A DNA stretch of 64,000 bases from an uncultured Fibrobacterota bacterium (GTDB lineage: Bacteria; Fibrobacterota; Chitinivibrionia; Chitinivibrionales; FEN-1185), in contig CAVWBU010000024.1 in NCBI GenBank assembly GCA_963753345.1, positions 275,840-339,839 on the forward strand, read 5' to 3'. Position 1 is the first letter of the stretch. The number at the start of each line of letters is the position of its first letter. The notes below the pieces were generated by a model. It ran no database searches, was not told where the DNA came from, and worked only from the letters and a program-made list of their open reading frames with translations. Below, piece by piece: positions 30,310-39,549 of the stretch. The translations under genes and the position numbers were made by a program.

Positions 30310-30863
30310 ATTCGTCCGGCTTGAGACATTTCGTATCTCCCCTTTACCGTATTGCAATCATTGCGCTGCCGCTGATATTTCTTACCCAGTGCCGCATCAG
30401 CAAGGATCCCGGCGCCGGGGCGGACCCGCAGGACTATTTGCCCCTGGACAACGACATAAGCGGCTATGTCAAGAAGGGCAGCGTCTCGCTCATGACCGAC
30501 CAGCAGTCGATCTTCAACGCCATCGACGGCGCAGCGCAAAGCTACATCACCTACGGGTTCGAGGAAGGCGTGGTGCAATTGTACAGCAACGGCAGCGTGG
30601 ACATCAACGTTGAGATTTTCAACCAGGGGACCCAATCATACGCCCAGTCCCTTTATAATTATTTCATGCCCACCTCTCCTCAAATCCTGAGTCAGAACAA
30701 TCCGGCCGTGGTTGTGGACCTTTCTCAGGCAACGTCGTACACCATCCAGTACACCAAGCAGAGCATATTCATGCGCATAACCACCACCGAGAAATCCGAT
30801 TTTGCGCTCGATATGGCAAAACAGTTTTATTACAACATCGACAACAAAATCGGCGCGCAATAG
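30306..30863 (+). CDS. DUF6599-like lipoprotein
   Basis: Hydrophobic leader ending FLTQC; motif IFNAIDGAAQSYITYGF; ATGA overlap with the upstream gene. Confidence 0.65.
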   Translation: MNSSGLRHFVSPLYRIAIIALPLIFLTQCRISKDPGAGADPQDYLPLDNDISGYVKKGSVSLMTDQQSIFNAIDGAAQSYITYGFEEGVVQLYSNGSVDINVEIFNQGTQSYAQSLYNYFMPTSPQILSQNNPAVVVDLSQATSYTIQYTKQSIFMRITTTEKSDFALDMAKQFYYNIDNKIGAQ

Positions 30864-30924
30864 ATGATGTATATTTTTGATCCGAAATCGTGATGATTTT
30901 GTCCCATAAAAAAGGAGCCGGATT

Positions 30925-31830
30925 GTGATAACGCGAAGAGAATTCATCAAGACCGGAAGCGCGGCCGCCGCGGGCGCCGCAATGTCGTCCGTCAATGTCC
31001 TGGCCGAAGACAAGAAGAAGCCGCTTGTCGCGGTTGCAAAGGGAAAGCCCGAGGAGATCGTCAAGAAGGCGGTTGACGCGCTCGGCGGCATGCAGAAATT
31101 CGTGAAACAGGGCGACCGCGTGGTGCTCAAGGCCAACATGGGATTTCCCAACCCGCCGGAATGGGGCACCACCACGCACCCGCAAATCGTCAAGGCGGTC
31201 GCGCAATTGTGCCTCGACGCGGGCGCGCAGCGCGTCATCGTGCTGGACCATCCCCTGCGCGACGGCGCGGTCTGCAAGGAAAAAAGCGGCATCGGCGCCG
31301 CGATTGAAGGCATGAAGGGCGCCGTGGTCGCCCTGCTCGAAGATCCCAAGTTCTACCAGGAAACGCCCATTCCGAACGCGAAGCAGCTCAAGAGCACGTC
31401 CATCGCCAAGGAAGTGCTGCGGGCAAACTGCCTCATCAACGTACCGACGGCAAAATCGCATGACGCAACAGGTGTGAGCCTCGGCATCAAGAACCTTATG
31501 GGGCTGGTGTGGGACCGCCAGTTCATGCACGAACAGGTGGAGCTCAATCAGGCAATCGCGGACCTTCTCCTGGTTATCAAGCCGCATCTCACCATTGTCA
31601 ATGCGGTCTACGCGCTCCTCACCAACGGCCCGAGCGGACCCGGAAAGACCGAGGAGCTCAACACGGTTGTGGCAAGCGCGGACCCCGTGGCCGCGGATTC
31701 GTACATGGTGGGCATCGCCCGCTGGTACAACAAGGAATTCAAAGGCAGCCAGGTCAAACACATCAAGAACGCCTACGACATGGGGCTCGGCGAGATTGAC
31801 GTTGAGAAGATGGACGTGAAGATAGTATAA
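30925..31830 (+). CDS. Tat-exported DUF362-domain protein
   Basis: TRREFIK plus VLA cleavage site; GDRVVLKAN, TTHPQIV, LINVPTAKSH, LGIKNLMG, DPVAADS; GTG start after AAGGAG. Confidence 0.88.
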   Translation: MITRREFIKTGSAAAAGAAMSSVNVLAEDKKKPLVAVAKGKPEEIVKKAVDALGGMQKFVKQGDRVVLKANMGFPNPPEWGTTTHPQIVKAVAQLCLDAGAQRVIVLDHPLRDGAVCKEKSGIGAAIEGMKGAVVALLEDPKFYQETPIPNAKQLKSTSIAKEVLRANCLINVPTAKSHDATGVSLGIKNLMGLVWDRQFMHEQVELNQAIADLLLVIKPHLTIVNAVYALLTNGPSGPGKTEELNTVVASADPVAADSYMVGIARWYNKEFKGSQVKHIKNAYDMGLGEIDVEKMDVKIV

Positions 31831-31901
31831 CGTTTCGCTCCATGGTGATGGTTGCATGGCGCCCTGATTTTTGTTGCCCTGCTTTGCCGAGATCGACGAG
31901 T

Positions 31902-32243
31902 ATGACAGTGAACACCCAAATCCTTGCCCCTGACGAAAAAGCGGCACTTGAGGAGATCAAATACCGCGTGTCCATGCTGTGTCCGGTGCGGCAATACATC
32001 CTGTTCGGCTCCAAAGCAAGGGGCGAAGCCCAGCCTGATTCGGACATAGATCTGCTTATCATAACCAAACGGCCATTGACAACGGGAGAACGAAACGGAA
32101 TTTCACATGAGATTTTCGAAGTGAACATTGCCCGCGACACGAATTTCTCCCGCATCATAGTTGACACAGAAGAATGGGAAAACGGCATGACTTCCGCCCT
32201 TCCCTTCCACGACAACGTTCTTAGGGACGGTATTCCAGTATGA
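31902..32243 (+). CDS. minimal nucleotidyltransferase (MNT) antitoxin
   Basis: LFGSKARGEAQPDSDIDL (GS-X10-DxD); 113 aa; ATGA overlap with the HEPN gene. Confidence 0.88.
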   Translation: MTVNTQILAPDEKAALEEIKYRVSMLCPVRQYILFGSKARGEAQPDSDIDLLIITKRPLTTGERNGISHEIFEVNIARDTNFSRIIVDTEEWENGMTSALPFHDNVLRDGIPV

Positions 32244-32632
32244 TAAGTGAGGAAAACAGGCGTCGGATCCCCGCTTTCTGGCTTACCCGCGCGGAAGAAT
32301 CTCTGGCTGCGGCATCGCTCGCTTTTGAAAACAGCCTTCTCACTTCGGCGGTAAATCGGACATACTATGCCGCTTTTTACGCCGCGTGCGCACTTCTTGC
32401 CAAAGACGGGAGTGATTACGGAAAACATTCAGCCGTTAGGGCCGCCGTCCACCGGGACCTGGTCAAGACAGGCAGAATAGGCGTAGAATTCGGTGAACTC
32501 TTTTCCATCCTTTTTGAAGAACGCAATGAAGGCGATTACCTTTCCTTTAAAAACTTCTCCGAGACAGATGTCGCGTCTTGGCTGAGCAGGACCCGTGAGT
32601 TCCTGGCCGTTACAAGGAAATTGATATCATGA
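32240..32632 (+). CDS. HEPN-domain protein (UPF0332 type)
   Basis: AVNRTYYAAFYA, KHSAV, ERNEGDY; paired with MNT. Confidence 0.88.
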   Translation: MISEENRRRIPAFWLTRAEESLAAASLAFENSLLTSAVNRTYYAAFYAACALLAKDGSDYGKHSAVRAAVHRDLVKTGRIGVEFGELFSILFEERNEGDYLSFKNFSETDVASWLSRTREFLAVTRKLIS

Positions 32633-34331
32633 AACTATCAACCTTTCGCCGCATTACGCAGGCCGTCACGTTTTCTCTCTTCACAATACTTTTCATTTTC
32701 ACTATGTACCCGTTTGCCGCGAAGTTCCCGGTCGACGCGTTCCTCAGGCTCGACCCGCTTGTGGCCACCGTGGCAATGATCGGCTCGCGCGCATTAATCG
32801 CCACCATGGTCTGGGCGGCCGTGCTTCTCGCGCTTTCGCTTGTTGTCGGCAGGTTTTTCTGCGGGTATGTCTGCCCGCTCGGCACGCTTATCGACCTTTC
32901 GGATTTCCTTGTCCACGGCAAAAAGCACAAAAAGGAAACCGTTGAGCCAAAGCCCAACCGGAGGATCAAGTACTACGTGCTTATCGGCGTTGTCGCGGCC
33001 TCGCTGATCGGCGCAAACCTCCTCGCCTTCGTTAGCCCGATGTCCATTGCGCCGCGCATGTTCTCGCTGGTTTTGTTCCCGCCGGTCGTATGGCTTATAA
33101 ACGCCGCCGTGGACCTGCTTCGTCCCGTGTTTCTCGCCGCGGGCATGGACACCTTTACACAGGTGAATTTCATGCGGTATTTCTTTTCGTCCGGCGTCAC
33201 GGCGTTTGTTTTTCTCGCCATCATCGTGGCGGCGAGCTTCTGGCGCAAACGTTTCTGGTGCAGGTACGTGTGCCCCACGGGCGCTTTTATTTCGCTGTTT
33301 TCCAGATTCGGCATTGTCAAGCGCACCGTGAACGACGCGCTCTGCACCGACTGCAAGCTCTGCGCGGCCAAGTGCGACATGCGGGCCGTTGCCCTCAATC
33401 CGCGCAACACCATCTTGTCCGAATGCGTGCTGTGCGGGGACTGCGTTGACGGATGCAAGAAACACGCGATCACCATCGGAATCGCCGGGTTCGGCTTCGG
33501 CAAGGCCGATCCGGCCCTCAACATCGAGCGCCGCGGATTCATCCAGTCCGCAACAGCCGGCCTTCTCCTTGCCGCGACCGCAAAGGCCGGGCTCAACAGC
33601 CCGAAGAACCTCAACGGCCGGTTTATACGCCCCCCGGGTCCCTGCCGGAATCCGAGTTCCTCGCGCGCTGCATCCGCTGCGGCGAATGCATGAAGACGTG
33701 CAAAACGAACGGGCTCCAGCCCGCCGATCTCGAGGCGGGATTCGACGGCCTGTGGACCCCGCACCTGGTGCCCAGGCACGGGCCGTGCGAAGACAAGTGC
33801 AACATGTGCGGCCACGTGTGCCCCACCCAGGCCATACGCGGCCTCCCGCTTGAGGAAAAACAGTTTGTCAAGATGGGCACGGCCGTTATCGACCGCCACC
33901 GGTGCATTGCCTGGGAGCAGGAAAAGCTCTGCCTCATCTGCGCAGAAATATGCCCCATCCACGCCATAGATTCCATGGTGGTGGACAATTTCAAGGGGCC
34001 TTTTAAGCGGCCGTTCGTGATGGACGACAAGTGCATCGGCTGCGGGTACTGCGAAAAAGCATGCCCGGTGCAGGGAAGGGCGGCCATCGAGGTGTATTCT
34101 ATCGGTGAGAACAGAATAAACAAAGGCTCGTATATCACCGAAAAGAAGAAAGCCCTTCGCGCCATAAAGGAATCCGACGCGGAAAACAGCGTCAGCGCCG
34201 ATGCCATGGGGTCGGGCGGCGAGATAAAAGGCGCGGAAAAGCCGGGTGGCCCAGCACAACAGGCAGCGCCAAAACCGCAAAATGCTGTCCCTCCTTCAGG
34301 GGAAGAATTGCCCAAGGGGTTCACGGAGTAG
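32629..34331 (+). CDS. membrane polyferredoxin (NapH/MauN-like membrane part fused to NapG/MauM-like 4Fe-4S domain); one apparent frameshift at ~33635
   Basis: RFFCGYVCPLG and RFWCRYVCPTG; CTDCKLC..C and CVLCGDC..C; RPPG then, in the shifted frame, CIRCGECMKTC, CNMCGHVCP, CLICAEICP, CIGCGYCEKACP. Confidence 0.88.
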
Positions 34332-34451
34332 AGAATTCGTTCCGGCCCGGCTTGTCTGCAAGAAATGGCTGAATCGGAATATTTCAGACAAACCGGCTTT
34401 TGCCTAAAATTTCGATATCAAGGCATTCGTAGTCGAACAAGGTGGGAGTGT

Positions 34452-35048
34452 GTGATTTTGAATCCTAAGCGCCATATCATGCTGGCGGGAGCGATGGGAG
34501 TGTTGGGTATGATATCATGCGCAAATGGCCCGACCAGCCGTCAAGCCACGTTGGCTGATTTTTATGTCACCACCCAGGTGGACGGCTGGGTTCCGGCTTC
34601 AAACAGCCCTTTTGCCGTCATGCCTATTGAAAGTCTGTATCGCGCAGTCGACGGCGATGCTGCTCTCTACCAGAATGTCGGACTCGAAAACTGGTTTATC
34701 GAGCACATGTACGGCGGGCCCACGCACACAGACACCAACGGCAATTATCATTTCGAGGGCTATGTTGAAGAATACGGCTCTGCGGCAAGTTCAAAAGCTA
34801 TCTTTGACAAGATCACCGCGCTGCACGTGATCCAAAATCCGCTCGATACCACCTTTTCCGACACGGTGCAGCTTGCCGGTTTTTCACTTGACGAGGCGCA
34901 GGCGGTCCGGGTCCAGGGGGGAATCGATGTCTATGCCACGTTTGATAGATATTTTTTCAGTCTTGAGTTTACCGGATACGCAGACCCGACAACCGCAGCG
35001 CCGGATGCGGTGAATTTTTTGAGCGATTATAAGGCATTGGCAAAATAG
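34452..35048 (+). CDS. DUF6599-like lipoprotein
   Basis: GTG start after GGGAG; leader ending MISC; motif LYRAVDGDAALY; similar to 30306 and 35184. Confidence 0.6.
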   Translation: MILNPKRHIMLAGAMGVLGMISCANGPTSRQATLADFYVTTQVDGWVPASNSPFAVMPIESLYRAVDGDAALYQNVGLENWFIEHMYGGPTHTDTNGNYHFEGYVEEYGSAASSKAIFDKITALHVIQNPLDTTFSDTVQLAGFSLDEAQAVRVQGGIDVYATFDRYFFSLEFTGYADPTTAAPDAVNFLSDYKALAK

Positions 35049-35183
35049 AAGCAGTGGATGTTCAGGCGTAGAGCGTAGTATATTTATTTATATAATGGCA
35101 AATAAATCAGGCGTAATCGGTTAAATCTAATATATTTATTGATAAAGGCTGGATTGACATCTTGAACGGAGGGGGTTAATGTC

Positions 35184-35795
35184 ATGAAATCGGGTTGGAC
35201 AAAAGCGTTTTCAAAAGTGCTTGCCGGAGCGATTTGCGGTGTGGGAGTAATGGCGCTTACGTGCGCAGGGCCCACGACGCCGAAAGCCGTAACGACTCCG
35301 GTGGACAGTTTGATTATTACCAATCAGATTACCGGCTGGGTGCTTGACTCGTCTGTGTCGGTCTCCGGCGCCGCGACGATGCCCTTCACCAATTCCACGG
35401 CAAATAGTAATTGGGTCGATGGCGGATGCCCCAGTTATTGCGGTAAGTGCGATGGGACCGATGCTCTCAAGGACGGTTTCGGTACTTACCTCAAGGAACC
35501 GCTTGCCGGCGCCACCCGCAAGCTGGAAGTATTCGTGCTCGACTATGGATCAGCAGCGGCTGCAGATTCGGAATTCAATATCTGGCCCATTAAATACGCG
35601 GCGTCGACAAAGGAAACTATTTCACCGTTCCCGAATACCACCGCAATCGGATTCGATGTCGGCGGCGGATTGTACGTTTTTGCACATATGAGCAATATAT
35701 TTATTGAAATGCAGTTTAGTGACTACGACTCGTCAAGCCAGGCGGTGCCGGATGCGAGTGCGTTCTCGACATATTACAATTCAAAAATAAAATAA
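35184..35795 (+). CDS. DUF6599-like lipoprotein with a three-cysteine insert
   Basis: Leader ending ALTC; ITGW, WVDGGCPSYCGKC, DYGSAAAA, GGLYVFA, AVPDA align with the preceding gene (VDGW, EYGSAASS, GGIDVYA, AAPDA). Confidence 0.62.
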   Translation: MKSGWTKAFSKVLAGAICGVGVMALTCAGPTTPKAVTTPVDSLIITNQITGWVLDSSVSVSGAATMPFTNSTANSNWVDGGCPSYCGKCDGTDALKDGFGTYLKEPLAGATRKLEVFVLDYGSAAAADSEFNIWPIKYAASTKETISPFPNTTAIGFDVGGGLYVFAHMSNIFIEMQFSDYDSSSQAVPDASAFSTYYNSKIK

Positions 35796-35853
35796 TGAAT
35801 AAAGATTGTTAATTTTGTTTTCTTAACCATCTCTTTCACGAGGGGGAAATATC

Positions 35854-37360
35854 ATGAGTGAAAAGACATTGAAGACGAGGCGGAATTTCTTGAAAGCCTC
35901 CGCGGCAAGCGCGGCCGGATTGGCGCTTGTTGGGTCCATTGGCGAATAAGGCAAAGGCAGCGAACATAACCACCACGTTGGTCAACCTCAGCACAACGCC
36001 GATCAACACGGACGTGGATAACCTGCGCGTTGCCTTTATTCAGGACGCGCCCTCCGGGACTGTTACCTCGACGTCAATGGTTCGGAGTACCACATATCCA
36101 GGCTGGACCGACTTCAATAGTCCCACCTACGCGACGGGCGTAAATTTTGCTGCCGTGAAGGCCAACATGGACAAACTGGCATGCGCGCTCGCCAACAAAA
36201 CGGATGTAACCGCCGCATGGGCCACTCTTTTGAAAATCCCGTCAACAAAGACATGGCAAACGGCCAAAGCAGTGATAAAGCCCAACGCCTTTGCCAGCGA
36301 CCATCCTTCCGTCCCCATTGTGTCAAGAATATGCGAAGTGCTTATCGGCTTTGGAATGCCGGCTGCCAATATTACAATCGCTGACCAGGGAGGGAATTGT
36401 GGCATATATCTTGGCACGGGCTTGTGTCCTGCCGGTGTGGTGGCCACCAGTGAAGGAGGAGTGAATAAAACGGGCACCACAGTTCAATTTCCAGCTTCCG
36501 CGGGTGGTGAGACGTTTAGTGCACTCACGTGCGTGGGGGACGCGGATATTCTGGTAAGCATAGGGTGCAATAAAGGCCATGATCAATTTGGTGAGTATAG
36601 CGGTGTTACCATGAGTCAGAAAAACACAAAGGGTGCAATATGGTTCGGCTGCAATGACAATAATGCGGCCGGCACAAGGGGCACGCTGCGTTTGGTAAAC
36701 AACAATTCGTGCGTCTATATGGTCGGCAATATCCCGACTACCTATCCTGCAAAGATGCAGCTCTATATTGTAGACTCGCTGTGGATGGGCAATGCCGCCG
36801 ATTGGAGCGGTGGAATTACCGATGGGAACAACGGCAATGCGATTGTGATGGGTACGTTTGGAGGAGCTGTTGACTACGCGACAACCATGAAAATAAGAGT
36901 GACAAAATTTGCGGCAAGTACGTGGAACCAGCCCATTGTGAACGCATTTATTACAGGCTACGGATACCCTGCTTCAGCTATTACCACAGTCATGAACCCC
37001 GTAGCTGCGAACGTGGCAGGGCCGGGCCTTGTTGATGCATCAGGGGTATTGACTTCGACTCTTCCTCAAGAGAATTCGCATCTTCTTCGCGAGGGAAATG
37101 TGCAGATCTCGGTATCGGGCAATGGCATAAGGCCGGTCAACACCACGGTTAGCTTTGCCAAAGGCGAAACGGCTCAATCTGCCGAGATTTACAATATGCA
37201 GGGCAAGAAGGTTCGGACGCTTGCTCTTAACTCCGGAAGCAATCATGTTATTTGGGATGGCAGGACCGATTCCGGCAGCCTTGCAAGGGCGGGGAATTAC
37301 ATTGTGAGAATCAGAGGCCAGAAGTCCGTGATCTCGGGGGATGTGGCGCTCAGCAGGTAA
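35854..37360 (+). CDS. Tat-signal divergent DUF362-like protein with C-terminal FlgD-Ig/T9SS-type sorting domain; one apparent frameshift at ~35927
   Basis: ATG 35854 after GAGGGGG gives MSEKTLKTRRNFLKASAASAAGLAL, joining ORF 35927 (LGPLANKAKA); VIKPN, NKGH, GVTMSQKN; tail IYNMQGKKVRTL..IWDGRTDSG..GNYIVRI. Confidence 0.72.
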
Positions 37361-37390
37361 CTTTCCGAATTTCGCTTTGGTTGGTTGTCA

Positions 37391-37426
37391 AAAGACCCTT
37401 TCCGTATGGAAAGGGTCTTTCTTTTT
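37391..37426. terminator. bidirectional intrinsic terminator
   Basis: Perfect hairpin AAAGACCCTTTCC-GTAT-GGAAAGGGTCTTT followed by CTTTTT, between convergent genes. Confidence 0.85.
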
Positions 37427-37485
37427 CCGAAACGAATGATATAAGAGGCAGGTTGAAGATTCCGTCGTAGCAGAAAGCAATGCTC

Positions 37486-38388
37486 CTATTCTTCACGATC
37501 TTTGTAACGCCTAAATCGGTCTTTGATAAGGACCCTGTCGACTTCAAGAACAAACTCATCCCTCGAAAAGTGCCGTCCCACGAACTTGAAGTTGTGAACT
37601 CCCAATTTCTGCAGCGCCGTTATCTTCTTGTCCGAAAGAACCAACGTCTCAATTTGGGTTTTCTGCTTCATGGCACGATACAAAGGGCAGTGGGAAACAT
37701 AACTGTCTCCCTCGAACTTCGGGTCCCAGAAAATCTGCGATTTCGAAATCGCCACATAATGGGCCCGCCTGTTGGGACAAAAAGGCACGCACCGCTCATT
37801 GATGAGGATTTCAAGTTTGTCAACGCCAAGCCGTTTTATCAGTTCATAATTATCGTTGTACTCAGGCGGCAGCACAAGCAGATCGATCTCGTCGATTCGC
37901 TTTTTCAAAAAGGGCACAGAAAGATTCTTTTGGGAGGTTGCAGAACTGATGATTTTGAACTTCGGATAATGCTTCCTGACGTATTCTTCAATCAATGGAT
38001 TCCCTGTGATAACCGCGTTCATTGAATTGTGTGCAACCTCCAGTGTCAGGTTTGCCCGTTCGTCGCTCAGATCCTTTTTCCCGATCAACGAGTTGGAATA
38101 GGTGTATCTGATGCCTATTCCCTTATCGTTATAAGAGCGGATGAGGGATTCCATGCCCAAGGGATGGTACCACAGATAGTTTGCTTTCTTAAACCATTCT
38201 TTCTCATCGGCAATATTCGAGGAGAATTGGACGAAGTTCCTTCCCCCGTTCCAGGCTACATTGGGAAAAGTACCGTACAGCGATGAGATCACAAAACGGT
38301 GTTTGAGGATTCCCTTGCCGGACAGCAGATCATCTACAACGCCAAGACGATTTGCAAAGGCGCCTATGGAAAGGTTTTGTTTTTTCAT
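37486..38388 (-). CDS. hypothetical protein, distantly peptidase-U32-like
   Basis: WNGGR, ISSAT, LEILINERCVPFCPNRRAHY, NFKFVGR; AT-richer codon usage. Confidence 0.55.
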   Translation of the reverse strand: MKKQNLSIGAFANRLGVVDDLLSGKGILKHRFVISSLYGTFPNVAWNGGRNFVQFSSNIADEKEWFKKANYLWYHPLGMESLIRSYNDKGIGIRYTYSNSLIGKKDLSDERANLTLEVAHNSMNAVITGNPLIEEYVRKHYPKFKIISSATSQKNLSVPFLKKRIDEIDLLVLPPEYNDNYELIKRLGVDKLEILINERCVPFCPNRRAHYVAISKSQIFWDPKFEGDSYVSHCPLYRAMKQKTQIETLVLSDKKITALQKLGVHNFKFVGRHFSRDEFVLEVDRVLIKDRFRRYKDREE

Positions 38389-38474
38389 GTTTTTTCAAAC
38401 CCAACCAACCCACTTTTCCATACCATACCTGAAGGACTTTTCTTCGATATGCTGCTCTTGGGAATAGTGTACAC

Positions 38475-39014
38475 TTATAGGCTGCCGTTTGGCGATTGCG
38501 TGCTTATCTGCTGCATCTCTTCGACAAACTCAGCGGGCCCATAGTGGCTCCAACCCCTGTCGATTTGAACGGTAATGGGTACCTTGGTCTGAACGTCATA
38601 CATATAGATTAGGTTCAATACCGCCGAATCAATTTTTGTGCCTCGCTCTGTCACCTTGAGGTAGGTAAGATCTTTATTGGGTCCCCATGAGGCACACGTG
38701 ACTATCACATTCGATTTGTCGGGTCGAAACCAGGCGGGAAGAAAATCTTCCGACAACCAGAGGCACTTGAATCTCTTGCACGGTTCCGCCGGCCGGTCCG
38801 GATAAATTGAACATCCACCGGGTTTCATGAAATGGCACGGCCTTCCTAGATAGAAATGATGCCCGTACACCTGGCCTTCCAGATGCCCTTCGCAACAGGC
38901 AGTGCACTCACCGCAAGTCCGCAAGACTTTGGGGAAACCGCTTTTGGCAATTTCGGCAGACTGCTTTGAGGATATCACGTTTCGCTTCATGGAATTTTTC
39001 TTCTCTCCTTTCAT
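38475..39014 (-). CDS. cysteine-cluster protein (CxxCxxCC / YkgJ-like)
   Basis: RTCGECTACC ... CHF...CSIYPDRP..CKRFKCLW. Confidence 0.75.
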   Translation of the reverse strand: MKGEKKNSMKRNVISSKQSAEIAKSGFPKVLRTCGECTACCEGHLEGQVYGHHFYLGRPCHFMKPGGCSIYPDRPAEPCKRFKCLWLSEDFLPAWFRPDKSNVIVTCASWGPNKDLTYLKVTERGTKIDSAVLNLIYMYDVQTKVPITVQIDRGWSHYGPAEFVEEMQQISTQSPNGSL

Positions 39015-39549
39015 TACGATAGAAAAACACTGAAATGCACCAAAAAAACAATATCGGTCAAGGTGCAGTATGACCTAAAGTTCAACGGAACCTTACGCTT
39101 GAGGGAATTGTCCTGTTTTCTCTGTCCAGATTTGGGACTATGTTGAACTGATTAACGAAAGCGGCGATGGAAAGGTTCTGTTTCTGCATACCTACCTTGT
39201 TCAGACCTCACCCACCCGGCTCTAATGACCAGGATTGATTTCGAAGAGGTTAAGAACTCCCTTGCAAGAATGAAATTACTGCTTTACATATCTATACAGG
39301 CTTACCACACGAGCATCGGTGATTATTGACAAGTAACAAATATTGTTCCCTGCAGCCAAGAAGACGTGGCTGGCACCTTGTCCTGCCACGGGGTTACTGG
39401 TATTTGCCGGAACGCCGACCCCCCGTTCAGAATCTGAGGTTAAAGGATGTTGGCTGATTGGTAGTTATCCCGCTTCCAGGTTCTCCATTAATTTAATGCC
39501 ATGCTGATATCGGATTTGCTCCCAATGCATAATCTGGGATCAATCCTTC

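Noticed and set aside
39015-39549. ncRNA or pseudogene in the 535-bp gap
   Set aside because: No ORF of 60 aa or more, no recognisable RNA motif or convincing long stem found by eye.
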